From Malacoraja senta (taxonomy: Eukaryota), in assembly GCA_038087875.1 (NCBI GenBank), contig CM075989.1, forward strand, positions 620,001 through 684,000: DNA of 64,000 nucleotides, in the 5' to 3' direction. The first letter of the stretch is position 1. The number at the start of each line of letters is the position of its first letter. The position numbers and the translations under genes are program-made. The notes beneath the pieces are model-generated. The model saw only the letters and a program-made list of their open reading frames with translations, did not search any database and was not told where the DNA came from. Positions 60,855 through 64,000 of the stretch are shown here, one piece after another.

Positions 60855-63800
60855 GTAGAAGGGCTTGCTTCTACAGAGGCCCGGGGAGCTGTTGGAGCGA
60901 GGAGGAGTTACCTGGAGCTGTGAGCAGAAAAACAACGCGGGGCTTGCTTCTACAGAGGCCCGGGGAGCCGTTGGAGCGAGGAGGAGTTACCTGGAGCCGT
61001 TGGAACCCAAATCTGCAACGTTCCATCTGCAACTGCAACGTTCCAGAGAAGGAGTGTGGGGGAAGCCTCTGATTGGTCGAACGGACTAGAGGAAGCAGCT
61101 GATTGGATTGTATCCCGGGTAAGGGGGAGAATGAGGGCCAGGGCAGTTTACTGTTCTGGATGTCAGATGTGGGAGGTCATGGAGTCTGATAGCCCTCCAG
61201 ACGTCCACATCTGTGTCAGGTGCGTTGAGATGGCGCTCCTAAGGGACCGTGTTAGTAACCTGGAGCAGCAACTCGATAACCTCTGTCTGCTCAGGGAGAG
61301 CGAGGAGGTCATAGAAAGGAGTAACATGGAGGTGGTCACTCCAAGACCACAGGAGACAGAAAACTGGGTCACAGTTAGGAAAGGCAATGGGCAGAGGCAG
61401 GGACTGGTGAGTACCCCAGTGGCTGTACACCTTGAAAATAAGTACTCATGTTTGACTAATGGTGGTGGAGACGGCCTACCTGGGGGCAGCGACAGCGGCC
61501 GGGCCTCTGGCACAAAGACCGGTCCTGTTGCTCAGAAGGGTAAGGAAAAGAAGAGGAGGGCAATTGTAATAGGGGACTCTATAGTCAAGGGGTCGGATAG
61601 GCGTTTCTGTGGACGCAGACAGGAGACCCGGATCGTAGTTTGCCTGTCTGGTGCCAAGGTCAGGGATGTGTCTGAACGTGTCGAAGAAATCCTGAAATGG
61701 GAGGGAGAGGAGCCTGAGGTTGTGGTACATATAGGTACCAACGACATAGGTAAAAAAAGAGAAGAGGTCCTGAAAGAAGAATTTAGGGAGTTAGGTAGAG
61801 AGTTAAGGAGAAGGACTGCAAAGGTAACAATCTCAGGATTACTGCCTGTGCCACGCAACAGTGAGAGGAGGAATGGAGCGAGGTGGAGGATAAATGAGTG
61901 GATGAGGGACTGGTGCAATGGGTATGGATTCAAGTTTCTGGATCATTGGGACCTCTTTTGGGAAAGGGGCAACCTGTACAGAAAGGATGGGTTGCACTTG
62001 AACTCGAGGGGGACCAATATCCTGGCGGGTAGATTTGCAAAGGCTACTGGGGAGACTTTAAACTAGTATGGTTGGGGGGAGGGACTCAAATTGGGAAAGC
62101 TAGCAGTCAGTGTGTGAGGCAGGAGGCAGAGAATGGAAGCACACTGACCCAAAATGTAGGGGAGAGAGAAGAAAAAGACAATAAACAGAATAAGAGAGGG
62201 TGGGTTTCTTAAATGTGTATATTTTAATGCTAGGAGCATTGTAAGAAAGGTGGATGAACTTAAAGCCTGGATTGACACCTGGAAGTATGTTGTTGTGGCG
62301 ATCAGTGAAACATGGTTGCAGGAGGGCTGTGATTGGAAACTAAATATTCCAGGATTTCGTTGCTTCAGGTGTGATAGAATTGGAGGGGCAAGAGGTGGAG
62401 GTGTTGCATTGCTTATCAGGGAAGATATTACAGCAGTGCTTTGGCAGGATAGATTAGAGGGCTCTTCTAGGGAGGCTATTTGGGTGGAACTGAGAAATGG
62501 GAAAGGGGTAGCAACACTCATATGGGTGTATTATAGACCGCCAAATGGGGAGCGAGAATTGGAAGAGCAAATATGTAAGGAGATTGCACATATTAGTAGT
62601 AAGCACAAGGTAGTGATTGTGGGAGATTTCAATTTTCCACACATAGACTGGGAAACACATTCTGTAAATGGGCTGGATGGGTTGGAGTTTGTAAAATGTG
62701 TGCAGGATAGTTTTTGCAGCAATACATAGAAGTACCTACTAGAAGAAGGGGCGGTGCTGGACCTCCTGTTAGGAAACGAGACGGGTCAGGTGGCAGAAGT
62801 ATGCGTTGGGGAACAGTTCGGGACCAGTGATCACAATACCATTAGTTTCAATATAATTATGGAGAGGGTCAGAACTGGACCTAGGGTTGAGATTTTTGAT
62901 TGGAGAAAGGCTAACTTTGAGGAGATGCGAAAGGATTTAAAAGGAGTAAATTGGGACAGTTTGTTTATGGGAAAGATGTGGAAGAGAAATGGAGGACATT
63001 TAAAGGTGAAATTTTAAGAGTACAGAATCTTTCTGTCCCTGTTCGGTTGAAAGGAAATAGTAAAAATTGGAAAGAGCCATGGTTTTCAAGGGAAATTGGA
63101 CACTTAGTTCGGAAAAAGAGAGAGATCTACAATAATTATAGGCAGCATGGAGTAAATGAGGTGCTTGAGGAGTATAACAAATGTAAAAAGAGTCTTAAGA
63201 AAGAAATTAGAAAGCTAAAAGAAGATATGAGGTTGCTTTGGCAAGTAAGGTGAAAGTAAATCCAAAGGGTTTCTACAGCTATATTAATAGCAAAAGGATA
63301 ACGAGGGATAAAATTGGTCCATTAGAGAGTCAGAGTGGACAGCTATCTGCAGAGCCAAAAAGTGATGGGGAGATATTGAACAATTTCTTTTCTTCGGCAT
63401 TCACCAAGGAGAAGGATATTGAATTATGTGAGGTAAGGGAAACAAGTAGAGTAGCTATGGAAACTATGAGATTCAAAGAAGAGGAAGTACTGACACTTTT
63501 GAGAAATATAAAAGTGGATAAGTCTCCAGGTCCGGACAGGATATTCCCTAGGACATTGACGGAAGTTAGTGTAGAAATAGCAGGGGCTATGACAGAAATA
63601 TTTCAAATGTCATTAGAAACGGCAATAGTGCCGGAGGATTGGCGTACTGCGCATGTTGTTCCATTGTTTAAAAAGGGGTCTAAGAGTAAACCTAGCAATT
63701 ATAGACCTGTTAGTTTGACGTCAGTGGTGGGCAAATTAATGGAAAGGATACTTAGAGATAATATATATAAGCATCTGGATAAACAGGGGCTGATTAGGAA

Positions 63801-64000
63801 CAGTCAACATGGATTTGTGCCTGGAAGGTCATGTTTGACTAATCTTCTTGAATTTTTTGAAGAGGTTACTCGGGAAATTGATGAGGGTAAAGCCGTGGAT
63901 GTTGTATATATGGACTTCAGTAAGGCCTTTGACAAGGTTCCTCATGGAAGGTTGGTTAAGAAGGTTCAATGGTTGGGTATTAATGGTGGAGTAGCAAGAT
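60855..64000 (+). mobile_element. CR1 LINE 5' part (5' UTR with about 58-bp duplicated unit, ORF1, frameshifted ORF2), runs off the window
   Basis: APE AISETWL, VGDFNFP; RT entry VPEDWRTAHVVPLFKKG. Confidence 0.92.
61131..62066 (+). CDS. CR1 ORF1p: zinc finger, coiled coil, SGNH/GDSL esterase
   Basis: Uninterrupted ORF; CSGC..CVRC, IVIGDSIVKG, VHIGTNDIG, DGLHLN. Confidence 0.88.
   Translation: MRARAVYCSGCQMWEVMESDSPPDVHICVRCVEMALLRDRVSNLEQQLDNLCLLRESEEVIERSNMEVVTPRPQETENWVTVRKGNGQRQGLVSTPVAVHLENKYSCLTNGGGDGLPGGSDSGRASGTKTGPVAQKGKEKKRRAIVIGDSIVKGSDRRFCGRRQETRIVVCLSGAKVRDVSERVEEILKWEGEEPEVVVHIGTNDIGKKREEVLKEEFRELGRELRRRTAKVTISGLLPVPRNSERRNGARWRINEWMRDWCNGYGFKFLDHWDLFWERGNLYRKDGLHLNSRGTNILAGRFAKATGETLN

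Overview
Repeat-dense eukaryotic DNA from a vertebrate, most likely a cartilaginous fish (inferred from HE1-type V-SINEs, a SacSINE/Deu-SINE-like relic and abundant CR1 LINEs). The only host gene I can support is a Siglec/CD22/MAG-like immunoglobulin-superfamily receptor, present twice on the + strand. Copy 1 (648-11124) has its 3' half: two C2-type Ig exons, a TM exon and two cytoplasmic exons ending in SIYANV*, all splicing in frame. Copy 2 (about 48049-53604) is a probable pseudogene: leader exon, a frameshifted Ig exon and a tandemly duplicated second Ig exon, one copy of which has its splice donor folded into a 50-bp hairpin. The rest is mobile DNA: two DIRS tyrosine-recombinase retrotransposons, a near-complete sushi-type chromovirus with both LTRs and a target-site duplication, a class I ERV remnant with no env, many CR1 LINEs (two with SGNH-esterase ORF1), L1, L2, Rex1 and Penelope relics with degenerate hammerhead motifs, and a 48-bp tandem array split into two oppositely oriented blocks. 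There is no prokaryotic system or CRISPR array. All family assignments come from motif recognition by eye, not database searches.
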